Source: a virus
Direction: 5' to 3' (one strand)
Length of the DNA stretch: 64,000 nucleotides
IMG/VR virus record: IMGVR_UViG_3300001688_000618
Coordinates: 659-64,658 of that record
Shown here in pieces: positions 19,454 through 30,133 of this stretch. The position numbers and the translations under genes are program-made. The notes under the pieces are model-generated. The model was given only the letters and a program-made list of their open reading frames with translations, did not search any database and was not told the DNA's origin. Numbering within the stretch: the stretch's first letter is position 1; each line of letters begins with the position of its first letter.

Positions 19454-19980
19454 TCAGTAACTTCACTTACAATTTTTTCTTTAACTGAATCATAAAGAGT
19501 CTTTAAATCAGAACTTCTAATCCCTTCAACACCAACAACTTCCGTTCCTCTATAGTCAATAACTTCACATAACTGTTCATTTAGTCCTAACTCTAACCAG
19601 ATATTCTTATGTTTTAACTTCTTAAACTCAATGGTTTCTTTTGAAAGTTTATCCTCTATAAATAAACCTTCATCTTGGATAGACTGCACTAGTTCTGATT
19701 CTTCTTTTATCTCAGGATGATCCCTATAAAATTGCTCAACATCGACAATTTCGTTAATTGGCTTAATTTTATTTGTCTTCTCAATTAAATCAGTCATGTT
19801 TCTTTGCAGTAATGAATTAATTTTGACTTTAATAGTTTCAACATCATTGCAATTCCTCTTTTCTGTTTCTCGAGTATCCGCACTTCCATAGACATCCATC
19901 TCAATATTAGTAGTGTTATCAACAAAATCATTTATACTCCTTGTTATTTTGTGATATTGATTATCATATATAATTGCCAT
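19447..19980 (-). CDS. Hypothetical phage protein (tail module)
   Basis: 177 aa, GGAGG RBS. Confidence 0.6.
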   Translation of the reverse strand: MAIIYDNQYHKITRSINDFVDNTTNIEMDVYGSADTRETEKRNCNDVETIKVKINSLLQRNMTDLIEKTNKIKPINEIVDVEQFYRDHPEIKEESELVQSIQDEGLFIEDKLSKETIEFKKLKHKNIWLELGLNEQLCEVIDYRGTEVVGVEGIRSSDLKTLYDSVKEKIVSEVTDC

Positions 19981-19989
19981 TAGTACCTC

Positions 19990-20271
19990 CTAATCAACCA
20001 AATCAACCGTTTTCGCCTTTAACAATGTAAAGGTAGTCGTTCCATTTAGCATATTGTTAATTTGTGTTTGTAAATCATTAATCTGATTTTGTAAATTTGT
20101 AACTTCTGTGGCTATATCTTTTGAACATTGTGTTGGAACACCATTTTTGATATACACAGGTTTTGTTGTACTACCAACGGTTGATGTCCCTACTTTTACA
20201 GCAACTTCTGCTTGTAATGGAAGATCCGTTAATGTCCCATTTGAATTCTTAATATAAGGTTTATATGCCAT
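19990..20271 (-). CDS. Small tail fibre-associated protein
   Basis: VGSTTKPVYIKNGVP motif and a short coiled coil. Confidence 0.55.
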   Translation of the reverse strand: MAYKPYIKNSNGTLTDLPLQAEVAVKVGTSTVGSTTKPVYIKNGVPTQCSKDIATEVTNLQNQINDLQTQINNMLNGTTTFTLLKAKTVDLVD

Positions 20272-20284
20272 ATTGTCCTCCTAA

Positions 20285-21412
20285 TTATAGTGCTTTAAAG
20301 AATAATCCACCCGTGGCTAAACTTGCACTTGGTGTTGTTTGACCTGATGTTCCAATTTCAATCATTTGACCACCAGCAACCGCAATACCCTTTGCATTAA
20401 CTTGAACTGCACTATATGTTCCTGCTGTGACACCAGAATTGCCGAGCGTAACTGCTATTGTTTTATCTGCAGAACCATCTACTGACTGTGTTGCACTTCC
20501 AGTAATTGCCGTTGATCCATCTGCTTTATTACCTGAGCTAACAGAAACACCAATTGTTCTTGCTGTTGTCCACTTGCCAGCACTCGTTGCACTTGTTGCA
20601 GAATCAGCACTTGTTGCACTAGCGACTTTGGTTGTTCCATTCTTTATTTTTGTTATCTCTGTCGCATTACTTGATGCCGTGCTTGATGCACTATCAGCAG
20701 TTGTCTTTACTTCATCAATTGCTCCAACAACCGTTTTTGATGTTGTAGTCAAAGAATTATCTGTTTTCTTTTGATAATCTGTAAGATCTACTTTATCGCC
20801 CTCTAATGCTGAAACATTATAAAAACCAACCCTTACATTTCCATTTGTTTTTAGTTCATTAAGGAACGCCTCATCAGTTGTGTAATTATAAGTTCCTTTC
20901 TCTGCACCTTTATCATATATCCATAAATCTGGCACACCTGTAGATTGAAGATAAATAGCATCACCAATATTCCTTACATTTTTTCCTAATGCATTATAAG
21001 CTGTAACAAAAGCCTGAATATTCTCATAACTTTCGCCTCTTGATCTTCCTTCCGCCAATGCATAAGCACTATCTGCACGAGCTTGAGCAGTTGAAACCGC
21101 TGTTCTAATATCACTATGTGCTGAGTTTGAACTATTATGACTTGAAACCGCTCCTGCTTCTTCAGCACCAATATTTGCTGGAGTAAGATTTACATTTCCT
21201 GTCCTATAACTCTGTTCTGCATTACCTTTAACACCAGTGACACCAGCACCACTTTTCAATTCATCAATTGCACCTTGAACTGTGGTTGCAGATAATCCAC
21301 TATTTGTATTGTCATATTCAACAACACTTGCCTCTGTTTCTGGATGCAATAGCACTGTATCCTGCTCTGAAACCTTTTGTATAATTTGATATTTATTTTT
21401 TGTTTGTGCCAT
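20285..21412 (-). CDS. Tail fibre protein
   Basis: LSATTVQGAIDEL, VTGVKGNAE...RTGNVNLTPANIGA, SGVTAGTY..VQVNAKG fibre motifs. Confidence 0.75.
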   Translation of the reverse strand: MAQTKNKYQIIQKVSEQDTVLLHPETEASVVEYDNTNSGLSATTVQGAIDELKSGAGVTGVKGNAEQSYRTGNVNLTPANIGAEEAGAVSSHNSSNSAHSDIRTAVSTAQARADSAYALAEGRSRGESYENIQAFVTAYNALGKNVRNIGDAIYLQSTGVPDLWIYDKGAEKGTYNYTTDEAFLNELKTNGNVRVGFYNVSALEGDKVDLTDYQKKTDNSLTTTSKTVVGAIDEVKTTADSASSTASSNATEITKIKNGTTKVASATSADSATSATSAGKWTTARTIGVSVSSGNKADGSTAITGSATQSVDGSADKTIAVTLGNSGVTAGTYSAVQVNAKGIAVAGGQMIEIGTSGQTTPSASLATGGLFFKAL

Positions 21413-21772
21413 TTAGTTTTCCTCCTTTAATAAAAACACATAACTTCCTATTTCCATATCACCTGAAATAGTATTTTGAGTTGAAAAAAGGTGAGAAGTT
21501 ATCTCACCTAGTTTCATTTTTTGTGTAGCCCCTTCATCACTCGTTAATAACAAAAAATCGTCTTTACTTGCCGATGTGATATCAACTTGAGAATAAGTAT
21601 CAAGGTTATTTGTTAACAAATTCAAATCACTTGATTGCATATTCCCTATAAGTTCTACACCGTTTATTGATGGCTTGTTATTTAAACGCAAATAATTTGA
21701 ATTAACTGAAACCTTATCACTTAAATTTATTGTAATGTTTCTGTTTGGTATTTGCGTATCCAACTCATTCAA
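21413..21772 (-). CDS. Tail-associated protein
   Basis: NYLRLNNKPSINGVELIGN motif common in tail proteins. Confidence 0.6.
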   Translation of the reverse strand: MNELDTQIPNRNITINLSDKVSVNSNYLRLNNKPSINGVELIGNMQSSDLNLLTNNLDTYSQVDITSASKDDFLLLTSDEGATQKMKLGEITSHLFSTQNTISGDMEIGSYVFLLKEEN

Positions 21773-22070
21773 TTAAGTTTCTCTTCCTTAAAACTTCTAG
21801 TTTGTTTTGAAAAACCTCTGTCAATATTCCGCCATCATCAAATATGACCGTTATATCAAAACTCGTTATCTTTGGATTAAATTTTTTTGTTTCATCAGGC
21901 GATATCGATATAAAATACAAATCATCGCCTAAATTTTCAAATTGTTTTACTATGCCCTGATCACGACAAGAAAAATATATTTTATCAACTTCTGCAGTCT
22001 CATCACCACCAGTAACCGTAAGATTTAATTCAAAAATATCGCCTTGAACTAATTTAAATACTTTTGACAT
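21765..22070 (-). CDS. Baseplate-upper (BppU N-terminal-like) small protein
   Basis: LVQGD...ISPDETK...FDITV pattern; position in tail module. Confidence 0.45.
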   Translation of the reverse strand: MSKVFKLVQGDIFELNLTVTGGDETAEVDKIYFSCRDQGIVKQFENLGDDLYFISISPDETKKFNPKITSFDITVIFDDGGILTEVFQNKLEVLRKRNLIE

Positions 22071-23339
22071 TTACACCTCCACCAAGACAATATCGTTGAT
22101 AACCAACTCTGAACTGTCACTTTGTCTTTTTACTATTTTACAGTTCATTTCTTTTAGAACTCTTCCTTGATTCGCTGATAAAGTGCAATCAACACGGTCT
22201 GAATCCAAATTGTCAATAATCGTTATACCTGCATCACTACCCTTTAATGCCAATAATCCCCAATAATCACTCTCTAAACTTGGAACTGGTGCGACATTTC
22301 TATTTGAAATTTTGCAAAAGTATGTACACCCCTCATAAAATACCGTATCAATAAAATATTGATCCTTTACATAGTTAGTTGTTGAATTCCAATCACCTTT
22401 ATTTCTATATGATGTGCCCTGCTTTGGTGCAGGAATATTAAACTTGATGTTTTTATATTCCGTTGATTGATCAGTCGTTATTTCAACAGACATTGGATCT
22501 TCACTTCCAATTTCTTCACTTGAAACACTCAAATGATCAATTATATCTTTAGCCTTATTTGCTGTTGTTCGTGCATTGTTAGCAGTATTAACCGCTGTGT
22601 TTGACTTTGTGTTTGCATTATTGGCTGTGTTAACCGCATTGTTTGAATTCGCTACAGCAATACTCGCACTTTCAGCTGATTCTCTCGCACTATTTTCTGC
22701 TGAATCAGCACTTGTTTCAGCATTTGTTGCTCTTGTCAAAGCATCTCTTGCACTCTGTTCAGCATTTGTTGCATTTGTTTGTGCGATATAAGCACTACTT
22801 TCTGCATTGTTAGCACTTACTTGTGCCGACACAGCCGATCGTTCTGCGTTCTCAATTCTATCAAAAGAGTCCCTTGCAATCGCCAAAGCAAGATTAGCAT
22901 TTTCATATGCCTTTAATATTAAATCGGGATTATCAGAACCCTTTTTTTTTACATACATAACCGATTCTTGTACTTCGATCCTGACAATTTCAAATGGCAC
23001 AAATGTTTCTGATTCATCTGGCAAATATGCTATAAATTGCATTTTTATCTCACCATTTACTGTTACAGCACTTGGAATTGTAAAGGCAAAGTTTAACTTG
23101 TCAAAATCATCAGAATAAGTTGTGTTCTCGTCTTCAGGAGTATATAAAGGAACTGTCCATTTTTCATTCCTTATGTTTTTGAAATCAACTCGCTTTGAAT
23201 GAACTTCATATTCACTAGGAAAATGAACATTAACTGTTGTTGCATTATTCTCGCCAGCAATAACCTTATAATCTTCATCATTCTCTGCATCATACTGCTT
23301 GTTCCTATGCAAAGTAATCTCTATACCTTTCATTTCCAC
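22071..23339 (-). CDS. Baseplate upper/tail fibre protein with Ala-rich coiled coil
   Basis: GENNATTV N-terminus, A/S/N-rich heptads, KGDWNSTTNY, LSANQGRVLK. Confidence 0.65.
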   Translation of the reverse strand: MEMKGIEITLHRNKQYDAENDEDYKVIAGENNATTVNVHFPSEYEVHSKRVDFKNIRNEKWTVPLYTPEDENTTYSDDFDKLNFAFTIPSAVTVNGEIKMQFIAYLPDESETFVPFEIVRIEVQESVMYVKKKGSDNPDLILKAYENANLALAIARDSFDRIENAERSAVSAQVSANNAESSAYIAQTNATNAEQSARDALTRATNAETSADSAENSARESAESASIAVANSNNAVNTANNANTKSNTAVNTANNARTTANKAKDIIDHLSVSSEEIGSEDPMSVEITTDQSTEYKNIKFNIPAPKQGTSYRNKGDWNSTTNYVKDQYFIDTVFYEGCTYFCKISNRNVAPVPSLESDYWGLLALKGSDAGITIIDNLDSDRVDCTLSANQGRVLKEMNCKIVKRQSDSSELVINDIVLVEV

Positions 23340-23344
23340 CTCCT

Positions 23345-24418
23345 TTAATAAACTGCATAAATTTCAATTAAACTACACTCATTTTGTGCCTGATTTGTAT
23401 TTCCTACTCTCTCAATATATTGCATTAAAAATCCCTGTTTACCTGTAATTAAATAACTCGGACATATAAGCAAAGCAGAACTACCGCCACAATCATCATG
23501 TCCAGACCAGTTTGTTAATGTCCCAAGAGGATATACCAGAATATTTGGTTGTCCTGCTGGTGCCGTAAATGGATCTATATGAATATGCATCCTGCCACCT
23601 GAGTACCATTGATCATCGTATTTAGGAATTTTGACTAAGTTTTCAGGCAAACTTATGCCATAATCAATAACTATTTCGTAATACGATGGCTCTCCATATA
23701 ATTTCTGCCCATCAAAATCAACCTGTAAATAGTTATTGCCAGGAATTTTAGTGCCAATACCATACCAATATTGTGATCTCCATACCCTTACCTTTACAGG
23801 CACATTAGCATCTTCATCCTTAGAAACGCCAGTCAATGTTGTATATAAATTTTTTGATGACGAATCATATTTTAAAGGTCTATATTTATGACCATTCACT
23901 TCGTAAATCGCATTATCCGTATTAATACTGCATTCAATTTTACCTATACTCTCTCTGATATTCCTTAAGTCTGTTGCTCGAATTGTTCCATTTGTTTGAA
24001 TTGTAATTAGATATAAAGGCAATTGATATTTACCTGTTGGATTTATGGATAAATCATCCTGCGTTAAATCAATTACACTTGAACTTGCTTGAGGAGTTGC
24101 TTTTATTGAGAAATTTTGAGGACTTGAACTTAAATCAAACTCTGCATATATTTTTGCATATTGAGTTGAACTGCTTGGAACAACAAAATTAAACTGCACG
24201 GTCGCATCACTCATTCCATAATAACCATAAGCACAAGCCATACCAGCACTAATAGTTGCCCCTCTCGAAATAACATTTACTATAAACCTATTTGAATCTG
24301 ATCCAACTACAAACGCATCATTAACTGATATAAATTTGTGGATTTTTGCATCAAATTGCGGTGTAATTTCATTTTTACCTGTTATTACATCACCTATACC
24401 TTTCAAATAATAAGCCAC
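23345..24418 (-). CDS. Baseplate/tail tip protein
   Basis: LTQDDL...GKYQLPLY...DLR motif; position in tail module. Confidence 0.6.
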   Translation of the reverse strand: MAYYLKGIGDVITGKNEITPQFDAKIHKFISVNDAFVVGSDSNRFIVNVISRGATISAGMACAYGYYGMSDATVQFNFVVPSSSTQYAKIYAEFDLSSSPQNFSIKATPQASSSVIDLTQDDLSINPTGKYQLPLYLITIQTNGTIRATDLRNIRESIGKIECSINTDNAIYEVNGHKYRPLKYDSSSKNLYTTLTGVSKDEDANVPVKVRVWRSQYWYGIGTKIPGNNYLQVDFDGQKLYGEPSYYEIVIDYGISLPENLVKIPKYDDQWYSGGRMHIHIDPFTAPAGQPNILVYPLGTLTNWSGHDDCGGSSALLICPSYLITGKQGFLMQYIERVGNTNQAQNECSLIEIYAVY

Positions 24419-24419
24419 C

Positions 24420-25493
24420 TTAACTCCTCCTTTTAAACCTTCTATTGTTGTATAACTTCATTCTGTCTGTAAAATCAATTCTTGTTTTTCCAAAAACACA
24501 AGTATAGTAAGGCGAATTCATTGTGTATTTTAACCCTGTAAATATTGAATCATATTCTCTATTCTCATACACAATTGTTACCTTATCTCCATACTTGAAA
24601 TCTCGGCATTTTATCATTTGCTGATTTTTTGCTAATTTATATAAAATACAATGGTTGTAAATATTACCGCAAAGTTCACTCCTTGCTAACTCAACCATTG
24701 TATATCCCTCTTTAATTGCCTTTGTTTCATCCCACGACACATACTTAGAACTCACAGGCAAAACTCTTCTTGTATCATTAGCATTTGTTGTAACCGTATT
24801 ATCACTTAATAAATAATAAGTCCCAACTATATTGCCTGTTGCCTCGTCAAACAAAACCGCCCTGTTATATGCAGGCATATCATTATTGTCAAACTCTGGC
24901 TTTGACAATTTTATATTATCCTTTATAACATAACCTTCTGTTGAATTTTTGCTTATCGTACATATAATTTTGTTGTTTACAAAATCAATCGAATAATCCA
25001 AAAAAATATTGTAAGTATCAAAAAGCCAATCAATAAAATCCTTTAAATTTATAGTATCGCTGTCATCATCATAAACACACCCTGTTTGACTACCAAAAGT
25101 ATTAAAAGTAATCGGCAATCTATGCTCTGGATCATCATTATCGATATATGCCAAAGTTAAAATCGTCTTCAAACCTCTAACACCCTCAAATCTGCATCCT
25201 AAACTATCAGTAAACTTAAAAATATTAATGACATTGTCATTAAATAACTCGTTCATATGCTTAAATGATATCTTCTTCTCTGTATTATCAATTGATGTAA
25301 TAACGCCCAATTCTATAAGTTTATTTCCATCAATTAAGGCAATTATGTCACCTTTAAAACCTGACGAATCATTAATAATTAATGCGTAACTTGTGTTGCT
25401 TGAAATAATATCATAATCGATTGAATAATCCTTAACAACACCACCATCTATATAAGCCAGGTCTTTCCTTGCATAAACTCTGTAATGTACCAT
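24420..25493 (-). CDS. Tail tip/hub (Tal-like) protein
   Basis: 357 aa following Dit; C-terminal GDKV...FGK pattern. Confidence 0.55.
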   Translation of the reverse strand: MVHYRVYARKDLAYIDGGVVKDYSIDYDIISSNTSYALIINDSSGFKGDIIALIDGNKLIELGVITSIDNTEKKISFKHMNELFNDNVINIFKFTDSLGCRFEGVRGLKTILTLAYIDNDDPEHRLPITFNTFGSQTGCVYDDDSDTINLKDFIDWLFDTYNIFLDYSIDFVNNKIICTISKNSTEGYVIKDNIKLSKPEFDNNDMPAYNRAVLFDEATGNIVGTYYLLSDNTVTTNANDTRRVLPVSSKYVSWDETKAIKEGYTMVELARSELCGNIYNHCILYKLAKNQQMIKCRDFKYGDKVTIVYENREYDSIFTGLKYTMNSPYYTCVFGKTRIDFTDRMKLYNNRRFKRRS

Positions 25494-26389
25494 TATACTA
25501 ACTCCTTTTGAATTGAATATGAAATGGTAACCTTACCAAAGTTTGTATTGCTTGCAGAAATCAAAATTTTTGATTTTCCTGATGGAATGGTTATAAAATT
25601 TGAATAAGTATAATCTCTTTCGCCTATATAATAAACATCTTCTTTTACATAATCACCATTTATTAAAGTATACAAACTAGCCTCTTGGTTATCAGGACTG
25701 CTATCAATAATTAGAAAACTATTCTCTTGTATTGTTAAATTGTATTTTGCCTGCTCTATTATTTCATTGTTTTGTAATATTCTAATTAATGGTGTTTCTG
25801 TTACCGCCTCAATTCTTATTACACAACTAGTCGGCAAATTTCCTTCGTTATCAATATCAACGGCCAAGTTATTACTTCCGCCATATACATAAGGATAATA
25901 ATAAGGATAAACCAAAGGATCACCAAATCTACTTAATTCCAGTATGATTTTTTTGTCTTTTTTCCACTTTGAAACACACAAAAACTTAATAGGACATTTC
26001 AAAAATCCTGTTTTATAATCAACTTCAGTCTTTTGCAGTTCGTTTATCAACACAAGTCTATACCATTCTGATTCAAAAGGATTATCATGTGAATATCCTT
26101 GTGTTGAGTAATACAGTTTCAAAGGCTTGTCTGTGTTTATATTGCCAACAAAAGCGATAAACTTTCTAAAATGATCATAATTTGAAAAGTATAAATCACC
26201 ACTTATTGTTTGTGATTGAGTGTCCACCTTTTCTATAAATGAAACATTTTCAACATCATAACTTGTTACTTTTGTTTTAATTCCAAGTCCACTAGGATCT
26301 GCAAATACACTACTTTTTTGATCATAAGGATTTCTTGGTGTAAGATTCCACAACTTTCCTTCGTTATTCTCTAACCAAAACTTTCTCAT
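25493..26389 (-). CDS. Distal tail protein (Dit)
   Basis: MRKFWLENNEG, YPYYYPYVY, NEGNLPT, FITIPSGKS; directly after tape measure. Confidence 0.75.
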   Translation of the reverse strand: MRKFWLENNEGKLWNLTPRNPYDQKSSVFADPSGLGIKTKVTSYDVENVSFIEKVDTQSQTISGDLYFSNYDHFRKFIAFVGNINTDKPLKLYYSTQGYSHDNPFESEWYRLVLINELQKTEVDYKTGFLKCPIKFLCVSKWKKDKKIILELSRFGDPLVYPYYYPYVYGGSNNLAVDIDNEGNLPTSCVIRIEAVTETPLIRILQNNEIIEQAKYNLTIQENSFLIIDSSPDNQEASLYTLINGDYVKEDVYYIGERDYTYSNFITIPSGKSKILISASNTNFGKVTISYSIQKELV

Positions 26390-27966
26390 ATTTTGCCTCC
26401 TAATTCCTTGTTTATTCTTTCCGCCAAAGCATCTGCAACAAGGTCAGCATTTTCCTGAGACATTTGTGTATCACCATGTGCATCAATATCAACATGGATC
26501 TCACCCCTAGTTGTATTTGTGTTTTGATTGACTTGTTGTGTATTGACATTTATATCATCACCTAAGTCTGTGTATGAACTCTCTAACTCTGACATTTGTT
26601 TTGTTTGACTATTTAAACTTGATGTCAATTCTTTACTCCTTCCTGTCAAAAATGCAAATAATAATGCCAGAGTTAATATAACAGCAACAACAGCAAGAGC
26701 AATTGGAATTAATGGAACACTTGCAGTTGATACTGCACCTATGCCTCCAGCTGCACCATAGCTGGCAATTGTTATCGCCTTAATTACTCCAACTATTGCT
26801 GTTATAATTGCCACCAGCTTTGGTAGCAAAATTATTACTCCCAATAGAAAAATCGTAAATTTTTGACCTTCTGGGCTCATATTTGCAAACCAATTAGCAA
26901 TTTTTGTTAAAATAGGAATTACATTTTCAATAACAAATTGAATTAGCGTTTGAATTAATGGAAGCAACTTTTCAGCAAGTTCCGCACTTATTTCCATGAA
27001 CTTCATCTTCATTTCATTCCACGATTCTTGCACTTGTTGTGCTGTTTCTAATTGAGATTCATTTGTAATTCCTAGTGCCATTTGTTGTTCGTTTAATTCT
27101 GCTATAACATCACTTGATGTTTGCATTACTTCAAGGACATTTATTGCATTATCACCAAACAACTCATATGCCAGCGAGTTTCTTAAAGCGACATTTTCCA
27201 TTTCGCTTAGCGCAACAACTGTGCTTTCATATATTTCTGACATACTTTTTGTTTTACCGTTAAGATCAGTGGTTGAAACGCCCAATTTTTTGAGTATGTT
27301 ATTATATGCTGTACCCTGTCCCAACGCAATTGATGTCATTACATTTTTTATACTTGTTAATGCTGAATCATAGTTTGCAGAGTCACCAGTAATTTTTTTG
27401 TAAACATTTCGTTGTAATTGTAACTTTTCGATACTTACATCAAGTGCTTTTGCCTCTTCACCTAATGCAGTAGTTGTTTTCGTAAATGCAGTAACTGATG
27501 CAGTAACAGTTGCAACCAAAGCAGATGCAATCCCTGAAAAAACTCTCATCGTTTTTTGTGCTTTCTTTAATGAAGATTCAACTTTATTAAATCCATCTGC
27601 AATTTTTCCAATTTTATTTACTTTATTACCTGTCGCATTATCAATTTCTTGGTTGTATTTTTTTAATTCATTTTCTGCCTTTAAAACAGCAACTTCTATT
27701 TTATTGAATTCTTTTGCACTAATGTCACCATTTTGAAAAGCCTTATTCGCCTCAACCTGTTTTTGTTTTAATAATGCAACCTTCTGTGTCGCTTGTCCTA
27801 CTTGATTCTTTAATAATTGTAATTTTTTTGTGCTTGCATCAACATTTTTTGGATCAAGTTTTAATGCTTTATCCAACTCTCGTGTTTGATCAGAGGCAAG
27901 TTTCAGTGATTCGTTTAGTTGTTTTACCTTACTATCAATGCTGTCTAAACTTCTACCAACTTCCAC
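26386..27966 (-). CDS. Tape measure protein (short, 526 aa)
   Basis: LDKALKLDPKN N-terminus, helical repeats, hydrophobic segments; precedes Dit. Confidence 0.8.
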   Translation of the reverse strand: MEVGRSLDSIDSKVKQLNESLKLASDQTRELDKALKLDPKNVDASTKKLQLLKNQVGQATQKVALLKQKQVEANKAFQNGDISAKEFNKIEVAVLKAENELKKYNQEIDNATGNKVNKIGKIADGFNKVESSLKKAQKTMRVFSGIASALVATVTASVTAFTKTTTALGEEAKALDVSIEKLQLQRNVYKKITGDSANYDSALTSIKNVMTSIALGQGTAYNNILKKLGVSTTDLNGKTKSMSEIYESTVVALSEMENVALRNSLAYELFGDNAINVLEVMQTSSDVIAELNEQQMALGITNESQLETAQQVQESWNEMKMKFMEISAELAEKLLPLIQTLIQFVIENVIPILTKIANWFANMSPEGQKFTIFLLGVIILLPKLVAIITAIVGVIKAITIASYGAAGGIGAVSTASVPLIPIALAVVAVILTLALLFAFLTGRSKELTSSLNSQTKQMSELESSYTDLGDDINVNTQQVNQNTNTTRGEIHVDIDAHGDTQMSQENADLVADALAERINKELGGKI

Positions 27967-27977
27967 TTTTTTACCTC

Positions 27978-28379
27978 CTATTTCTTAATTTTTCTTTGAA
28001 AACGCTCGTAAATTCTATTATCCATTGATTTTAGATTATGAATTGCCTTATTAATAAAACGAGTACCTTTAATCGTACTCGTTCCATAATTTAGAATATT
28101 TGCAATTTTTTGGTATGGTACACCCTGCCTGTTCTCTCCGACAAACTCAACCGAGTAACCATACCAATTATGCTTTGTTACAATTCTACTTTGTCTCAAT
28201 GAGTTAACTAAACCTAGAGTTTTTCCTTTTGGAGTTGTCTGCTCAAGTTCCTTTACAAGTTTCTCTGTCTCAATATCAATCTGCTCTTTAATTGCCTCTA
28301 TAGCATAATCACCATATTCTGCTATTTGCTCAAAAAACTCAGTTAATTGTTTTGAAACTCCATCATTCCAACTTGCCAC
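27978..28379 (-). CDS. HK97 gp10-like tail completion protein
   Basis: TPKGKT..L..S, ANILNYGTS...GTRFINKA. Confidence 0.7.
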   Translation of the reverse strand: MASWNDGVSKQLTEFFEQIAEYGDYAIEAIKEQIDIETEKLVKELEQTTPKGKTLGLVNSLRQSRIVTKHNWYGYSVEFVGENRQGVPYQKIANILNYGTSTIKGTRFINKAIHNLKSMDNRIYERFQRKIKK

Positions 28380-28640
28380 TATCCTCTCAACCTTCCCTTC
28401 ATCGTCATTTCAGACACACTCATTGGTGCTGAATAGTTGATATTCTTTCCATCCGCTTTTGTTAATGCTAAAGCATCAATTTGAGATGAATAATCCACTA
28501 AATCATAAAAAACATTAAGCCCAAGATCTGCTAAATTAACATTTACTCCTGTTTTTACTGCACAATAAAGCATTTGTGTTGTAAAATCACTTTCAATTTG
28601 ACTTGTATCAATAGTTGACCTTGAACTAATGAATTTTATC
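28379..28640 (-). CDS. Tail assembly chaperone -1 frameshift extension (gpGT-like)
   Basis: The -1 frame from the slippery C-A9-G run is open (KIKFISSRSTIDTSQIESDFTTQ) into MLYCAVK of ORF 28379..28573. Confidence 0.75.
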
Positions 28641-29076
28641 TTTTTTTTTGAGCAATGAATAATGAAAAGAACTCTAACAATTCTGTAATAATCGCATTAT
28701 CCGTCACAATGCTTGGCGGAATACTCATTATTAACTCACCAACTTCAAGTTTGTTTGGATATTCTGCTGTTGCTATCAACGATGCTACGAAATTCAAAAT
28801 AAACTCACTGTCAAACTCATATGACTGCATTGATTCCAATACTTCATTAGTTTGCTGTTCATCTAAATTCTCAAGGTCATCAACACTTTCCACATTAAAT
28901 TGCTTTAATTTTTCCAATGTATCCTTGTTTGAATTCTTCTTTGCAAATCCGATAATATCATTAAGCAAATCTCTGCCAAAATAACTCTTATATAATATAA
29001 AAGTCATTGCATTACCACAAAGTTTAATTTCATCATCGTTTATTTTGATTGTTTTTACCAATCCGTATTGTTTCAT
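28636..29076 (-). CDS. Tail assembly chaperone (gpG-like)
   Basis: Follows the major tail gene; YKSYFGRDLLNDI; ends in the slippery A-run. Confidence 0.75.
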   Translation of the reverse strand: MKQYGLVKTIKINDDEIKLCGNAMTFILYKSYFGRDLLNDIIGFAKKNSNKDTLEKLKQFNVESVDDLENLDEQQTNEVLESMQSYEFDSEFILNFVASLIATAEYPNKLEVGELIMSIPPSIVTDNAIITELLEFFSLFIAQKKR

Positions 29077-29079
29077 TTA

Positions 29080-29685
29080 TTAACCTCCAATTGTTGAATC
29101 AGGAACATATATTTCATCTTGAATATCAGCCCAAATATCCTCGTTTAATTTACTGTTCACGATACTATATGTTACTTTATCTGGTTGATCCTCGTCATTA
29201 ATGTAGTCATAAGGATAAACTTTAACATTAAGTGTTAAATCCCTAATAGTTTGACCATCAAAACTTGTGCTAGCAAGTGCAGGTAATTGAAACACCGCTC
29301 TATACATAGTAAACATACTTTCAGAACCGTCACCAACTGATGTATAATAACCAAATGCTACTTCCTTACTTTTTGCTCTACTTTTAATGATAATTGCACC
29401 ATTTTTGTCAATTTTTACATCAAAAAACTTTGAATATACATTAAAAGGCAATACTGCAAACTTTATTGTTCCCTCACCTTGCACTTGAGTGTTTAGACGA
29501 ATATATGAAATATTATCATCTGCATTTATGTCAGTTGATTCTGACTTAAACTCAATGTTAACTTCCATAAGTCCTTCATGATATTCTTTCTCACCAAAAG
29601 TACCGTCAGGTTTTAGTTCCGATGCAAAAAACTTTTTGTTTCCTGTTTCATACAATTGAGAAACATTAACTGTTTGACCAGACAT
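29080..29685 (-). CDS. Major tail protein
   Basis: 201 aa, ADD motif, position after neck genes. Confidence 0.7.
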   Translation of the reverse strand: MSGQTVNVSQLYETGNKKFFASELKPDGTFGEKEYHEGLMEVNIEFKSESTDINADDNISYIRLNTQVQGEGTIKFAVLPFNVYSKFFDVKIDKNGAIIIKSRAKSKEVAFGYYTSVGDGSESMFTMYRAVFQLPALASTSFDGQTIRDLTLNVKVYPYDYINDEDQPDKVTYSIVNSKLNEDIWADIQDEIYVPDSTIGG

Positions 29686-29695
29686 AATTCCCTCC

Positions 29696-30133
29696 TTAAT
29701 ATAATTTATAAATTGTTAAAGGATAATGAAAAAGTGAAGTTTCACTTTCATAAATTTCATCAGCAAACTCCACTTCAAATCCACCATCCTTGAATGCGTT
29801 TTCTATATTTTCAAGTAAATCCAAGTTGTCCTTACTATCAAAACTCTTCTTACTAAAAATATCAATTGCAACCATAACTTCACGCAAAAAGTCATCGTTG
29901 TCAGCGCCATATTTGTTATCATAGTGTGTAAAATAGTATGACAAATAAGTGCTTTTATTTCTTGCAATTTGATTTCTTACAACACCGTGCCAAAATAATA
30001 TTGCTGTTGAACTCTGTATCTGCTCATCATTGAGTTCTATACCTTCAACAAGCCCTAAACCCTTTAAAATGTTTATAACTTCAAATCGGCACTTCTTTCT
30101 TGCACTAATAGTTCTCATAAAACACCTCGTCAA
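29696..30133 (-). CDS. Tail terminator-like protein
   Basis: GADND, IDIFSK, YESETSLFHY. Confidence 0.6.
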   Translation of the reverse strand: MTRCFMRTISARKKCRFEVINILKGLGLVEGIELNDEQIQSSTAILFWHGVVRNQIARNKSTYLSYYFTHYDNKYGADNDDFLREVMVAIDIFSKKSFDSKDNLDLLENIENAFKDGGFEVEFADEIYESETSLFHYPLTIYKLY

